Source: Octopus vulgaris (Eukaryota). Taken from it: DNA of 64,000 nucleotides. A program made the position numbers and the translations under genes. Under the pieces are notes generated by a model. That model was not told where the DNA came from. It searched no databases and saw only the letters and a program-made list of their open reading frames with translations. The stretch lies in contig OX597825.1 of assembly GCA_951406725.2 (NCBI GenBank), positions 8,308,001-8,372,000 of the forward strand, read 5' to 3'. Of this stretch, positions 12,906 through 26,882 are shown one piece after another; within the stretch, counting starts at the first letter, position 1; each line of letters opens with the position of its first letter.

Positions 12906-13504
12906 GATATATATGTGGTGTGTGAGTGTGTGCGCGCGCACGTGTGTATGTATGTATATATGCGCAAACACTTGTGTATATGCATATTCAGTGTACCAGT
13001 AGGTTGGTAGCGAAGTTTATATCCCATGTGACGTTGGAGTCAAGAACACAATTAAGTAGTAATTAGCAACATTATGGAATCATTCAAATAATATGTATAT
13101 CTCGTTCGAGAAGCGGATTCCTTTCTATTAGTGACTTAATGAAAATTCCAAACTGATTTCCTTTAGCGTGTTCCATAATTAACCACACGTCAGTTTCTTA
13201 AATTTTACATGATGCCACGACGTTACACGAAATGCTGGAAAGCTAAAGTGAAAAACATTTACGCTCATTGACACCGTTAATTGACAAAGACATTCTCATG
13301 TCTTTCTGCTATGAAGTTGTTGGATATACAAGCTTCTGCTCTGTTTAGTGTCCTATCCTCTGAGTAACATATCAAAACATTTTCGATCCAAATTAACTGA
13401 CAGAGAGGAGGAAAAAATAATGATGTATTCAATATAATTACAGATGAAATAGATTAGTGAGGTGGTGATATGGGCATCGTAGGTGACTTTGATTTACAAG
13501 AGTG

Positions 13505-13670
13505 AGACGAAATGGCCTGTATAGTAATAATCTTACTTCCCAACCAGAGGATTATGGGTTCAGTCCCACAGCGTGGCACCTCGAGCAAATGTCTTATGCT
13601 GTAGCCTCGGACCGACCAAGGCCTTATAAGTGGATATTTGGTAGACGGAAACTGAAAGCAGCCTCTGACG

Positions 13671-13748
<78 letters not shown>

Positions 13749-14222
13749 TGTAGGAGCGTGGCTTAGTGGTTAGGGTGTCAGCATCATGATCGTAAGATTG
13801 TGGTTTCGATTCCTGGATCTGCCGACGCGTTGTGTTCTTCAGCAAAACACTGCATTTCACGTCACTCCAGTCAGCTGGCAAAAATGAATAACGCTGCGAT
13901 GGGCGGGCGTCTCGTCCAGCTTGGAAACACATACGCCATAGAAACCGGGAAACCGGGTCCATGAGCCTGTCTAGGCTTTAAAAAGGGGGCATTTTCTTAT
14001 GTATATATATATTTCTGTGTGCGTGTATGTTACCCTCCACTATCACTTGACAACCGATATTACTGTGGTTACCTCTCTGTAACTTTATGATTCTGTATTA
14101 GAGAAACGATAGTATAAGAATTAACCTGACAAAGCATAACTTCCGGGGTCGATTTGTTCGACTAAAATCCTTTAAAGCTGTGCTCCAGCATGGCCGCACT
14201 CAAATGACTGAAACAAGCAAAA
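13505..14222 (+). mobile_element. Old SINE family B split by a nested family D copy
   Basis: 5' half at 13505-13670, 3' half at ~14000-14222, family D inserted in the internal (TG)n. Confidence 0.8.
13752..13997 (+). mobile_element. SINE family D, full length
   Basis: A box TGGCTTAGTGG, B box GGTTTCGATTCC, body GTGTTCTTCAGCAAAACACT, tail GCTGCGATGG...CGTCCAG...GAAACCGGGAAACCGG. Confidence 0.85.
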
Positions 14223-14804
14223 TAATTTATCTGATTTCCAGGTAAATTTCAAATGGCTCATTATTAGTAAGCTATATTATTTTCACAGATTTCTCCTGTA
14301 TCCAATAATGTTCAATACGGCAGGCTAATGGGGGAGAGGCGTCAGTTCCAGTGGCGAAGGATATCAAGCGCGTCACGTGGTCTGTTGGCGTATATTAACG
14401 TAAAAATTAGTTTATGTCACTTTCTCTCGCTTTAGTGGACTGACCTTGAATAAAGTTCCATAGACTAATAACTAATCGAGAGTAACTGGGTGCAAAAGCA
14501 CTAGAGAGATGTCTTTGTAGCAGAACCATGCGTCGAACATGTTTGAATCTAATATGCTCAATATTTGCCTGTAGAATTTTTTTTCTAAGTACGCAGATGT
14601 ACTAATCTCCGAATTCATTGTAACTGTCACACACGCACAAACACACACATGTAAGTATGTATGAATATATATACATATATATATATATACATATATATGT
14701 ATATACACATATATATGTGTATGTATATATATATATATATACACATATATATATACACACATATATGTATATACACATATATATACATACACATATATAT
14801 ACAC

Positions 14805-14855
<51 letters not shown>

Positions 14856-14867
14856 TATACACACACA

Positions 14868-14899
<32 letters not shown>

Positions 14900-15783
14900 G
14901 TATATATATATATATACATATATAACATACATACATTCATACATACATACACAAACTGTCATAACAACAGCTGCAGATATGTTGGATTCGGGTAGATTAA
15001 ATGTCTCAAAAATTAAAACATCTTTTCTAGTTTCCATCTGCATGCAACCATAATTGTTTCCATGTAGATTTGGTAATTAGCTGCAGAGAATGATTATAAC
15101 TACATATTGGATTGTTAAATATTTAATGTCTTAAAGACTATTTTCAATCTAAATCTGTAGGTAAGATTAAAGTGTCTAACGTTGTAAATTTAGTAATCAA
15201 CGTCAGAGATTTATTATTACTTCATTCTAAAACTTGGTACATAGATAGTCTAAGATAATATACATGCTGTGGGAGAAACTAAATTGAAATATTGATAATC
15301 GATTCGGAGGAAGCAGATGTTCTTCTCGAGTTTATAATTTTTACAATAAGACACAATTACCCCTTTATAGATAATTAGTTAATTTATATGCTATAAAGTA
15401 AATTACGTAATGTCCCTCAGTATCTAATTGCTTGATCTAAACCGCAACATGATTTATTCTGCATATATAAATAGGCTTCTGATTGTTTGCAGTTGGGTAG
15501 ACATACAGTGACTCCTATTTCTATTCCGTGTGTATTTTTGCAGGTATCTGTATGCGTATGAAAGCTCACGGAGCGGATGGAGACGGTGTAGCCATGGATA
15601 AAGACTACTGTCTATATATGGATGTGAATATATAAATGCGTTTATATGAGGATGTAACAACGCACAAACGAAGCTTGTATTTATTATGAATCATCTGCTA
15701 TTTGTATTCTGTTTCTGTACACCGTCCAGTTTTGTGTTCTAATCATGTATTTATTGCAGCACAATTCAATATTTGAATTTCCT

Positions 15784-16264
15784 AAGGCGGCGAGCTGGCA
15801 GAAACGTAGTCTTATGTATATTTACATGGAATATATATGAACAAATGCATGATATGGTAGGCTTAACTTAACAAAAGTTTCAAGTGAAACGTCTGTCTTT
15901 ACGTTATGAGTTCAAATTTCGCCGAGGTCGACTTTGCCTTTCATCCTTTCGGGGTCGATAAATTAAGTACCAGTTGGGCACTGGGGGTCGATGTAATCGA
16001 CTTAATCCCTTTTTCTGTCCTTGTGTATCCCCTCTAAGTTTAGCCCTTTGTGGGCAATAAAGAAATAAGAAACGTTAGTACGCCGGGCGAAATGCTTAGT
16101 GGTATTTCGTCTGTCTTTACGTCTCGAGTTCAAATTCCGCCGAGGTCGACTGTGTCTTTCATCCTTTCGGGGTCGATAAATTAAGTACTAGTTGCGTACT
16201 GGGGTCGATCGAATCGACTGTCCACCTCACCCAAAATTTCGGGCCTTGTGCCTAGAGTATAAAG
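15784..16264 (+). mobile_element. SINE family A heterodimer (tail type 1 unit + tail type 2 unit) with 16-bp TSD
   Basis: aatatttgaatttcct at 15768-15783 and 16265-16280 flanks both units. Confidence 0.9.
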
Positions 16265-16494
16265 AATATTTGAATTTCCTGAAGGCAAAGACAAAGATTT
16301 GATCAATCTACCACATTCAATTACAACAATGGACTAACCACTAAATTCAGAGTTAACACTCTTTGAAGAAAAAACATAATAAGAAGCATCAGGAGAAATT
16401 TTAGTCCTACAGTCCACAGTGGGTCTGCGTCCTCGAATTTAATGTAATCTCTATCCTTCTATCTATCAATCTATCTACCTATCTATCTATCTTC

Positions 16495-16526
<32 letters not shown>

Positions 16527-16530
16527 TTAT

Positions 16531-16746
16531 CTTATTTCTTTATTGCCCACAAGGAGCTAAACACAGAGGGGACAAACAAGGACAGACAAAGGGATTAAGT
16601 CGATTACATCGATCCCAGTGCGTAACTGGTACCTAATTTATCGACCCCGAAAGGATGATATGCAAAGTCGACCTCGGCGGAATTTGAACTCAGAACTCAG
16701 AACGTAACGGCAGGCAAAATACCACTAAGCATTTTGCCCGGCGTGC
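16531..16746 (-). mobile_element. SINE family A within (CTAT)n
   Basis: Family A body and type 1 tail; head truncated. Confidence 0.88.
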
Positions 16747-16955
16747 TATCTATCTATTTATCTATCTACCTATCTATCTGTTTGTGTGTGCGTATGTGTG
16801 TTAATTGTTAATGAGAAATAGAGTGGCAAAGAAAGGGCCGAATTTCAGTGAGGCCTTATGGTTTTGGCAACCATAATATTTTTTCTCTCGCATGTGTTGA
16901 ACTGAAATATTCTTTTCTTCTGTGGTTGACGCTTTGTGATAGTTTCAACACTCAC

Positions 16956-17235
16956 AAAATTTGCCATTGCTGTTCATGTTGTTCGTTTTTGAAAATATAT
17001 TTGCAAAATACTTGAATGACGTCTTCAATGAATCGAAGGAGACTCGGTGCCTCAGAAATCTGTACGCGTTTGAATTTGAAAGAGAGCTGTCAGAATCTAG
17101 GAAGGTATGTTGTTGTTGTTGTAGCTGTTGATATTGTTGCTTGTGCTGTTGATGATGATGATGAAGACGCAGTCGTTTGAGACAAGGACAGCCTTGATAA
17201 AGAGTTGTGATAAAAGGCTTTCCGTTCCTACTCAT
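16956..17235 (-). CDS. Candidate first coding exon of an unidentified gene (His/Gln-rich N-terminus)
   Basis: Acceptor ttttttctaag| before 17251, ATG at 17235 (or later MNSNGKF), 93 open codons ending at donor TTTT|gtgagt (16955). No homology recognised and no convincing downstream exon found. Confidence 0.35.
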
Positions 17236-17915
17236 TCACTTCAATGGCCAACTTAGAAAAAATGATCAAATGTGTGTCTCAATTTTATTTTAGAGTAACA
17301 CGTTTGAAACATTTCACTGCTATAGCTAATACGTCAAGTTAATTGATGAAAGTTCTCTTCCAAATTTTCTGATTTAATCGCGAAGTAGAGACGTTTAATT
17401 GAAATATAAACGCTAACCTGTCATCATACAAGTATGAGTGGTCTGTATTTGTATCTATTTGTGTGTATTTGTCTCTGAATGTATGCGTACGCGTGTTTGT
17501 CATGGTGTTTAGACAGGAAAATGGTATCAAGTAAGATGGAAGTTTTATCAAACTATATTCATATTTGTGTGGCCCAGAAATTTTGATTTGCTTAATACAT
17601 TTAAAAGAAATGATTCTGATATGCCAAACTGCACTACTTTGCATTAAAGAACATCGTTCATATCACTAAATGTGAAACAAAAACCACAAGAATTTGGGTT
17701 AGGGATAACGTTACATGTGTATATGTGGCACACTTAACAGAGGTAAAACGGTGTTAATGGATGCAGCAAGCCATGTGTCGTATTCAATTTATAAAACGAT
17801 TGAAAAATACGCGGGATTTAATATAAAGGCAAATGTGGTTTAGCCGTAGTGTTTTAGAAAATCGTGAAGCATTTTCAATAAGTAATATGGCGGGAACGTG
17901 AAATTGCACATACTT

Positions 17916-19179
17916 CAGCGGTTAAACCATGGGAGGAATATAAATTTGATCTTAAAAATCTTAAGACTTTATTTAAGGGGGTGTTTACAATCCAAATAAA
18001 TACAGTGTGTTCTATTTTACTATTCATGAGAATATATTGGCCTACAAACATATCAGATTCCTCAATATATCAACTTCACTAATCAAGGAGTTGTGCTTTC
18101 TCCCTTATAAGTTCAGGTGGCTTCCTCTGCAAAGTCATAACATCGAGGAACAAAAATAAATAATAGTACATTTTCTTCAGTAAACTCTAACGTGCAGAGA
18201 CCCAAAAAATCTATGTAAACTTCAGAGATAGTTTTGTGGCTTTTTCTTCAAACAGAGCAAAAGCACAACCAGAGAGATGTCTTTAAAATTTCTCGTCATA
18301 TCTTGAAGGCATATTTGCTTCTTAACAATTAATTAGCTCTGTAGAGATTGCAGAATTAAAAAGCAATTATTGCCTCTGATCCCTTCTTCAAGTTATTAAG
18401 TCAATGGACCGTACAAATGTTGTTTCCTACAAGTGGCTGTATAGCAATGTTTCTTTAAACGAAATTAATGGTTGTGTTGGAGGATGAAGTTACACTGGGG
18501 ATTATGACACTTCAGAATCGATAACCTTACAATATTAAATCTGCAGTTTCGAGATTTACAGAGAAGGTAGAAAAGTTGAAAGGAGGATTATTAGAAAAAT
18601 TTGTTGAATAATGTTAAAAGTCATTTACCATTCAAAATATTTGAAGCAAATGAATATCTGTGCAGTTGTCTAAATGGTGAACTCTGATAAAAGAAAAACG
18701 GAAGATGATGTTCAGAAATTGTTTCAAATTAATGAAGGATATTCGTTAATGAGTTCCTTATTCGTAAAGAAATAACGGAAGAGGTATTACGCAGCAGCAA
18801 AAAGAGAAATGTAGACGCTGAAATAAAGAAAGTTATACCTTCGCTGCTGAAGTTGACATCACACGGGAATTATCATAAGCTCTGTGTGGACATATTCCGA
18901 GCTTGAGATTATTACTTGACTTCAGAGCGACTGTAAGTAAAAATACAAAGTGCCAAATGAATGTCAGATTCGTCGACCATTACGTGTCCTGTGTTAATCC
19001 ACAAGAGATAGAAGAATTTTTTAAATTTAAAAATTGTTTGTGGTTATTAAGGAAATTGCTTATAGGGCAATGAACTTATTCAGAAACATAGACTGACCCA
19101 GAAACTTTACACCTATCCATCTCCTTCTGCGAGCATGAAAGTATGAAGTAAGCGAAATTTCTACACTGAACCTCAAAAG

Positions 19180-19212
<33 letters not shown>

Positions 19213-19341
19213 TACACACACACACATACACACATATATATATATATATATATATATGGAATTTTGAATTTAGTTCACGGACTCTTAGTACTACCTTTGC
19301 GGGCCACCAGGGATACTCGGACTTCAGGTTGAGAACCACTG
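17916..19341 (+). mobile_element. Decayed hAT (Charlie/Buster-like) DNA transposon
   Basis: Right end GGTTGAGAACCACTG (19327-19341) is the reverse complement of the Charlie-type TIR CAGTGGTTCTCAACC. Degenerate left end cagcggttaaacc at 17916. Faint transposase-like motifs (EGIFAS, KKVIPS); no TSD retained. Confidence 0.5.
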
Positions 19342-21833
19342 TTCCAGGTCGTTCAGCTCGGCAACGTCAAGTGTAATAGATAGAGAAGAATCATTCACAT
19401 ATTCAATTTTGTTTTAACAGGAGATTCTCAAAATATTCGCTTTCCTTACTCGTTGTTAACTAATATATGCACTAGATAGCAAAATGTTTCAATAGTTATT
19501 TCACTGTAATTTCAAGTTTTATTGACGTCAGCTTCAACTTTTTTTACAGTTTGTTTATCTACAAAAAGTTAATTTAAGCTGGTGCAGGTCTTGGGATTCA
19601 TCCTTCTCCCATTGTGAGTTTCTGCCACTTTATATTTCTCTGAATGGCATTGGTGCAACTAGAACTCAAGATTTGTTAAGTTTAAAATGTCCGGGTTAAG
19701 CTGTATATTGTGAATATGGAATAGGATTTGGTGGTTCAAAGAAAGAATAAATCTTCACACCGATTCTTAATATTTGTAATGATTAATATCATAATTTAAG
19801 AGTTACTAATAAAGAATGTAATGAGATGTTTATGCCAACCAATATTTTAAAATTAAACACGATGATCGGATGTGTATAGATTAGCGTTGCGTTAACTCCA
19901 TGAATGAACGTGCCACGGATTTTGGAATAACATTTGGGATATTATGAATTAGGAGAAAACAGATCATTAATTTCATCTCAGCGATTTTCCCTTAAGATAA
20001 TCCATGAGAAAATCCGATTCAAGATTATGTGGCGGTGGTGGGAGGCGAGCTCATATTCTACTTTCCACTCGTATATAGCCTGCAAATTATATGCTGCACA
20101 TGGTAAATTCGCTGAGATTTTTCTCGTTCATATAAACATGTTTAGCAGTTTAATAATGGCATTCAATTTTCGCTCGGCTTGGAAGTGCAATGACATGCAG
20201 AGGTATGCAGTGCAATTTTATGTGGGTGATCTCGAATAATAGCAGCATTATCCAGCTTTCAAGAAATCCTTGGACAAAGTTTGAAGTATAATAGTGGGAG
20301 AATAAAACTGCTGCAAGATTAAGACTAGAAATCACTACTTTAGAAGAATAAAACCATTTTTTATATTCACCTTTGTATCAGAAATCGATGGCTGGCTTTG
20401 GCGCATTTGCTCTTTTGTAGGGCAAAATTGCAATTATACGATGCAGCACATACAGATTATACATCTGACGCCTCACTATCTTTTTTATATCAGGAGGAGA
20501 AAGAAGAAGTGAAAATGGAGTGTCACATTCCAGTTATCAATGTTGGCCATTACATTTGTCATTCGATAACAGGCCACTTATTTGCTGTTGTTGAACTTTA
20601 CATATATTTTCAGCACCTCAAGAATAAAATACTCTTAAGAATGTCGGTTAAATTTAGGTGAGATCGCTTTGAGTACAAACTAGCAGAAAAATGCTGATAT
20701 CATATATATACCCATTAAAAAGGGCATTTATGTAGCTAAATTATTTCGCTAAGTGCAAGATGATTTCACCCCCCCCCCCAAAAAAAAAGGCGTGAGAGGG
20801 AACGAGCAGGATCGAAATTCCGACTCACCCTCAATACCTCATTACAATGATATCTCAGATGCATGTAACGTATGTCTCCTGCGCGTTGTTTATTTTCTGA
20901 GACAATACGATTCATCAAATATTGTAACAGTAACTCCTACAGTATAGAAAGATATACTTCGATACAAGATTACTTATGTAACTGCTCTATATGCAACTGG
21001 TTCGTTAATTACAACTACAAAAAGGGTCATGTGAATATATTATGTGACCCTGATGCAAAGATATATATATTGGCAACCGCAACATTATTTCTGTCGGTAT
21101 ATTTGGTACAATCTTCCACACCATTTGGCTAATTTAAATGTGTTAGTCAAACATAGAATTATCAATATCCGTCAATGATATTTGAAAAATAAAGCACCTC
21201 TTATGTTGTATATTACAAAACCATACAAATTACATATATATATATACATTCCATTTCACAGCGTGAAAAGATGGATCCATATTATACAAAGAAGGTAGCA
21301 AAAAGTGTGATCTAGAACAACTTTTCCTGTTGAATCGTAGATGCATTGACTACTGAATGTAGTAGTAAACTGCAAGTGAATATATACACACATATATACA
21401 TATATACATCTATATGTGTGTGTGTGTGTGTGTGTGTCTGTGTGTATGTGTGTGTGTGTATGAGTGTGTGTGTAAGCGAAATACACTCTGTAATATACTC
21501 TACAGAATAGTTATTACCGACAGAGCCAGCATTAATACCAAGAAGTAATACCTATCCATACTTAAACGTGGATGCTTCGTCGTTAGAACTTTATGGTAGT
21601 TAACATGAGAGAAATTCTACCATTGGCCTTTGGTGCTCATGTACTCTTGTTTATATCGCCAGTGGGGCTGAAAATTCCCCGCCACATTCAGCGCCGAGAA
21701 CACTCAGTAATGGAAGATTTTGTTAAAGCAAAATGAGCAAATATTTCAATATCAGTTAAACGCTATCGATAACGAGAAAGATGCGATGGAATCAAAATGT
21801 TACTCGTCAACCATTTGAGGTAAGGTATTTCAT

Positions 21834-22069
21834 ACTCTTTACTCTTTTTACTCTTTTACTTGTTTCAATCATTTGACTGAGACCATGCTGGAGCACCGCC
21901 TATAGTCGAGCAAATCGACCCCGGGACATATTCTTTGTAAGCCCAGTACTTATTCTATCCATCTCTTTTGCCGAACAGCTAAGTGACGGGGACGTAAACA
22001 CACCAGCATCGGTTGTCAAGCAATGCTAGGGAGACAAACACATACACACACATACACATATATATATAC

Positions 22070-22108
<39 letters not shown>

Positions 22109-22280
22109 CATATATACGACATGCTTCTTTCAGTTTCCGTCTACCAAATCCACTCACAAGGCATTGGTTGGCCCGGGGCTATAGCAGAAGACACTTGCCC
22201 AAGATGCCACGCAGTGGGACTGGATCCGGAACAATATAGTTGGTTAGCAAGCTACTTACCACACAGCCACTCCTGCGCCT
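21834..22280 (-). mobile_element. SINE family B, full length
   Basis: Reverse complement of GGCGCAGGAGTGGCTGTGTGGTAAGTAGCTTG through the (AGTAAAAG)n tail. Confidence 0.92.
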
Positions 22281-22884
22281 ATTTATTAGGATAAAGAAAA
22301 GTTTTCCAGAATTGGAAGTGCAGCAAATATACCGAAAATCTTTGACAAAAATTAAACGACATGACCATATTAAGAAAAAAAAAAACAGGCATGGTTAAAT
22401 TTAGGGATCTTAAAAATTCAAGGCCCCGCTTTCATTCATTACACTAACTGAAGAAGGATCATAAAAACAGGGACTCTATGATTTTGGATGCGGGAAATGT
22501 GTTAACGATAAGAATAAAACCTACGATTAGTGGATATAACCGATAATAGTTATTCTCATGAAACGAGAGATAACATAATACTTGTTGCTGTTATCGAAAT
22601 CAAATAAGCTAACAAAAGCTACAAAACACTTCCGGCAGATGAAGATAAACTAGAAGTTGTATTGTCATGATTATATATACCAAATTTATGGGGTAAATGA
22701 ATAAATTTGACATCAATCAGACCAGGTGAAATGTTAATAGGAGGATAAAAGTGAGTAGGTATGTTAGGTATGTTTAAATTGTGTGTTTCGGGTACCGAGA
22801 TTCGGTGGTGTGAAAGCGAGACAAAGGTGGAAATTACATTCAATATACATATACATTGTTATTCAAGGTGCATATATATATATA

Positions 22885-22970
<86 letters not shown>

Positions 22971-22981
22971 CATATATATAT

Positions 22982-23024
<43 letters not shown>

Positions 23025-23147
23025 TATACACATATATATGCACACACACATATATACAAAGAGAGTGGTAGAGAGAGATGTGTGTGCGTATCTGTGTATA
23101 TATGTACATACAGGTTTATATGCATATATATATATATATAAAGAGAG

Positions 23148-23186
<39 letters not shown>

Positions 23187-23195
23187 TGCACATGG

Positions 23196-24457
23196 GTCGT
23201 TTCCTTAATGTGAGATGGCGCAGGTGTTATGCGGATAAAAAACGAAGTTGAGGAGATGGACAGGAAAATCAGAAAAGTGATACCAATTAACAAGAAACTA
23301 CGTTACCAAAGCAATACTGACAGGTTGTAGGTATCTAGGAACAGGGAGTGGGGAAGACGCGTCATAGGATGCAAGATCTGTGTTGCCAATGTGAAGAACA
23401 TTCTGAGATGGTCCTTCAAACAGCAGAATCTATTTCTTGTTTGTCGCTATTAAAATTAACAATAAAATATCTGCCGAAAATCTGATACACCCACACACAT
23501 TTAAGAAACATGATGAAGAAGAAAGAATTAACAATTGGAACATGAAATAACTGCATGGACATTGCCTCAGGGAAATCGAAGGAAAAGACAAGATCAACAC
23601 GTGGAGATGGCTAAGAAGAAGTGATCTGAAAGGCGGCACTCAGGCATTGATGTGCAGCTCCCAGAAACATGCTCTGAGAACTAATTACACCAAGATCCAA
23701 ATGGATAAGAACGTAGGATGTGTGGCAGCAGAAACGAAACAGTCCCACTTATTGTGAGAGAATGTAGCAAGCTGGCCCCAAGGCACTACAAAATTCGGCA
23801 CGATAACATGGCTAAATTTGTCCACTCGAGGCTATGCGAAATATACGGCCTGGACAGAGCACGGAAATGGTTGGAACATGGAACAGAGTTGGGTGGTAAG
23901 CTGATTACATTGACACCGCGAACAGCGAATATAAGATATTGTGGTATTTTACAAATCAATGTGACCCCGTAATCGCGGCTCAGACGCCAGATATTGTTGT
24001 GGTAGATAAAGGAAAAAAAGGAAACCATGTTTATAGATATTGCAATAGTTGAGGAGGCATGCATAAGTGACAAAGAACTAGAAAAGATTGAGAAGTTCAG
24101 AATACTAAAACATAAAATTGCAAAAAATGTGGAGTATGAAGAGAGTGTCTGTCATTCAAGTAGCGGGGGCGGGGGTATAAACAGCCAAGTTCGAGAAATA
24201 TGTCAGAGAAATCGGAATTGACATGAGAGCAGAGCAAGCCGGCAAAACAGCTCTGCCGGCGGGGACTGCTAGTATTTTGAGATTGGTGATTCGATGTTGA
24301 ATGTCGCCCACGATAATGAGCAACCGAGTATCAAAGCTTATAATGTGAAACGGAAAGAAACCCTGCGTAACCTCTGAGGTAGGCTGTTGCCTGCTCTCAC
24401 AGAATGTACTAGAGCATAGAAGGCCGAACGCTCTGAGAAGTAAAACAATAATAATAA
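23196..24457 (+). mobile_element. 5'-truncated R4/Dong-clade non-LTR retrotransposon (RT thumb, Zn knuckle, restriction-like endonuclease), inactivated
   Basis: EEMDRKIRK...TDRL.VSR, LHG...TWRWLRRSDLK, RMCGSRNETV.LIVREC.KLA...YKIRHD, PDIVVVDK...IDIA...EKIEKF, GTASILR. Frameshifts and stops; ends in (TAA)n. Confidence 0.88.
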
Positions 24458-24482
24458 TGGTAGTAGTATTAGTGGTTGCAGC

Positions 24483-24548
<66 letters not shown>

Positions 24549-24622
24549 TTGGTGGTAGTGGTAGTAGTAGTGGTGGTGGTGGTGGTAGTGGTAGTAGTAG
24601 TAGTGGTAGTAGCGGTGGTGGC

Positions 24623-24685
<63 letters not shown>
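24458..24685. repeat. (TAG)n/(TGG)n trinucleotide microsatellite
   Basis: Directly visible. Confidence 0.95.
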
Positions 24686-24686
<1 letters not shown>

Positions 24687-24916
24687 ATTGTCATTGGAGC
24701 CTTAGGGACGACGAGTACACAGGAAAAAAAAACGGCTTTCAGAAGCAGATAGAATATATTAAACTGGCCTACTTTTTAGGAATGGTGAAGATCATTCGAA
24801 AGCTTCTGGATGTCTGAGGTTACAGGCAGTGACGTATTTATTCAAGAATAAACCCATTTAAATTTTGGATCATAGGCGTGAGATCCAAAAGAATTTTTAA
24901 ATAATAATAATAATAG
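24686..24916 (+). mobile_element. Second R4/Dong 3'-end fragment
   Basis: IVIGALGT...LGMVKIIRKLLDV* followed by a short UTR and (TAA)n. Confidence 0.7.
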
Positions 24917-25985
24917 CGATTGTGATGAATAAGGATTGACATTTTTGCAGAACAATTAACGAATGAAATGCAAATTGAAAAATGAAAAAAAGAAAATAGG
25001 AAAATATTTATTGTGGAAGACACTAAACTTTACACTGCTGGGTATTTTATAGCTGATTTCATTGTAATTGAATTCGTTTCGCAAAGTATATGAATTAAAA
25101 TATTGTCGGAGGGAATATGCTGTCAGGAAAATTAGAAACGCTTCAAATTACATTACAAATGTTTACGTAAATCTACTTTATTTGCGAGTTATTTCTGTAT
25201 GATTTCTGTATGTGTAGCAGCAATGAATACAGTCATATTCAGGTTTAAAGCTTAAAAGAAAAATATATATTCGTAAACTGTAACAGCAATCAAAGCATCG
25301 TTGAATTCTACAGATCTCTTTCTACATGAAAATGAGACGAGGCTATTGCCTTACGGATCACTAATTATATGCCTTCGCCCCATTGCAGGCGTAATGTTCA
25401 TATTCGGAAGACATTACAATACGTGTGATTTTAGTAGCACTTATATCTGTAGAGTGTAACGTTGGGAGGATCATTTAATGCGTGTGAAATAATACATGCG
25501 AAATTAGTGAATAGATTTCAATGGATTTTATTTAGTTTCATGTATCGTCAAATTATAGTCATACATTGCTGAAGTGTGGTTTTGTGTTTCAGTCTCAGCA
25601 ACTTTGATGTGAACATTCTGCGTATCTTGTTTTAAAAGAATACGCTGACTATCCAAATTATATAAGACCAGTGTTACATCAAGCGCCCTGTTGCCAGTGC
25701 TCAATTGTTGATCATCAAGTAACTGGCTGGGCGTAATCAGCTTATTGGCCGTATATTCTCCAGAGTAAAGCTCTATCTGACTTTAAATGTGTTTTCTACC
25801 CTGAATCATTCGTAAAAAATAATAAAAAGAAAATAATTCTCTTCGTTGCATCCTTTCAAATTACACGCACATATGAAGTCCATAACATTTGCTCAGTAAT
25901 TGAGTAGGCATGGGAATGCACTGCCAAGTTACAGGTTAAATATGCAGCAAACAACAGCAAAAAGAATATACACCTATCACTACCG

Positions 25986-26218
25986 AAGGCGGCGACCTGT
26001 CAGAACCGTTAGCACGCCGGGCGAAATGCGTAGCCGTATTTCGTCTGTCGTTACATTCCGAGTTCTAATTCCGCCGAGGTCGATTTTGCCTTTCGTCCTT
26101 TACGGGGTCGATAAATTAAGTACCAGTTACGCACTGGGGTTCATGTAATCGACTTATTTCCTTTGTCTGTCCTTGTTTGTCTCCTCTGTGTTTAGCCCCT
26201 TGTGGGTAGTAAAGAAAT
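25986..26218 (+). mobile_element. SINE family A, full length, with ~21-bp diverged TSD
   Basis: Flanks atatacacctatcactaccga and atatacacgtatccctaccga. Confidence 0.92.
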
Positions 26219-26611
26219 ATATACACGTATCCCTACCGACGGAGTAGGTTTTACACACTCGATTAGTTGAAATATGTCATTATGTATCACCTGATCTGCA
26301 CGCATACCCATATCGAAATTTTATGTGGTTACTTTGAAAGAGAATCCCTACCAAACTAACTAAATCCCTCTTTCTGATATTCCCCGATTCTACCCTAAAC
26401 TGATTGAAATATTCCACATTTGTTTCCCGCTTCCATTTTTAACTCCTAGAAACAATTATATTCATTCACCTCGTCGAGATTTTCATTGTTCCCTACTAGT
26501 ATCGGAGCGCAATATTTTTCCTTAGTGAGGGATTGATGTATATCAACTAAATATCGACTTATTGCATATAAGTATATTAAATTATATATTATAAATTAAA
26601 TTATGTTATAT

Positions 26612-26762
26612 AGGCGCATGAGAGGCTGTGTGGTAAGTAACTTGCTTACGAACCACATGGTTCCGGGTTCAGTCCCACTGCGTGGCACCTTGGGCAAGTG
26701 TCTTCTACTATAGCCTCAGGTCAACCAAAGACGAAAACTGAAAGAAGCCCGTCGAATATATG

Positions 26763-26807
<45 letters not shown>

Positions 26808-26808
26808 T

Positions 26809-26882
<74 letters not shown>

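Noticed and set aside
13752-13820. tRNA-like sequences at SINE 5' ends (also 37530-37601, 48030-48105, 49739-49810)
   Set aside because: A and B boxes are present but there is no complete cloverleaf, and they continue into SINE bodies; not tRNA genes.
22440-22510. CTGAAGA + stem + GAAA on plus
   Set aside because: Eight extra nucleotides lie before GAAA and there is no stem I.
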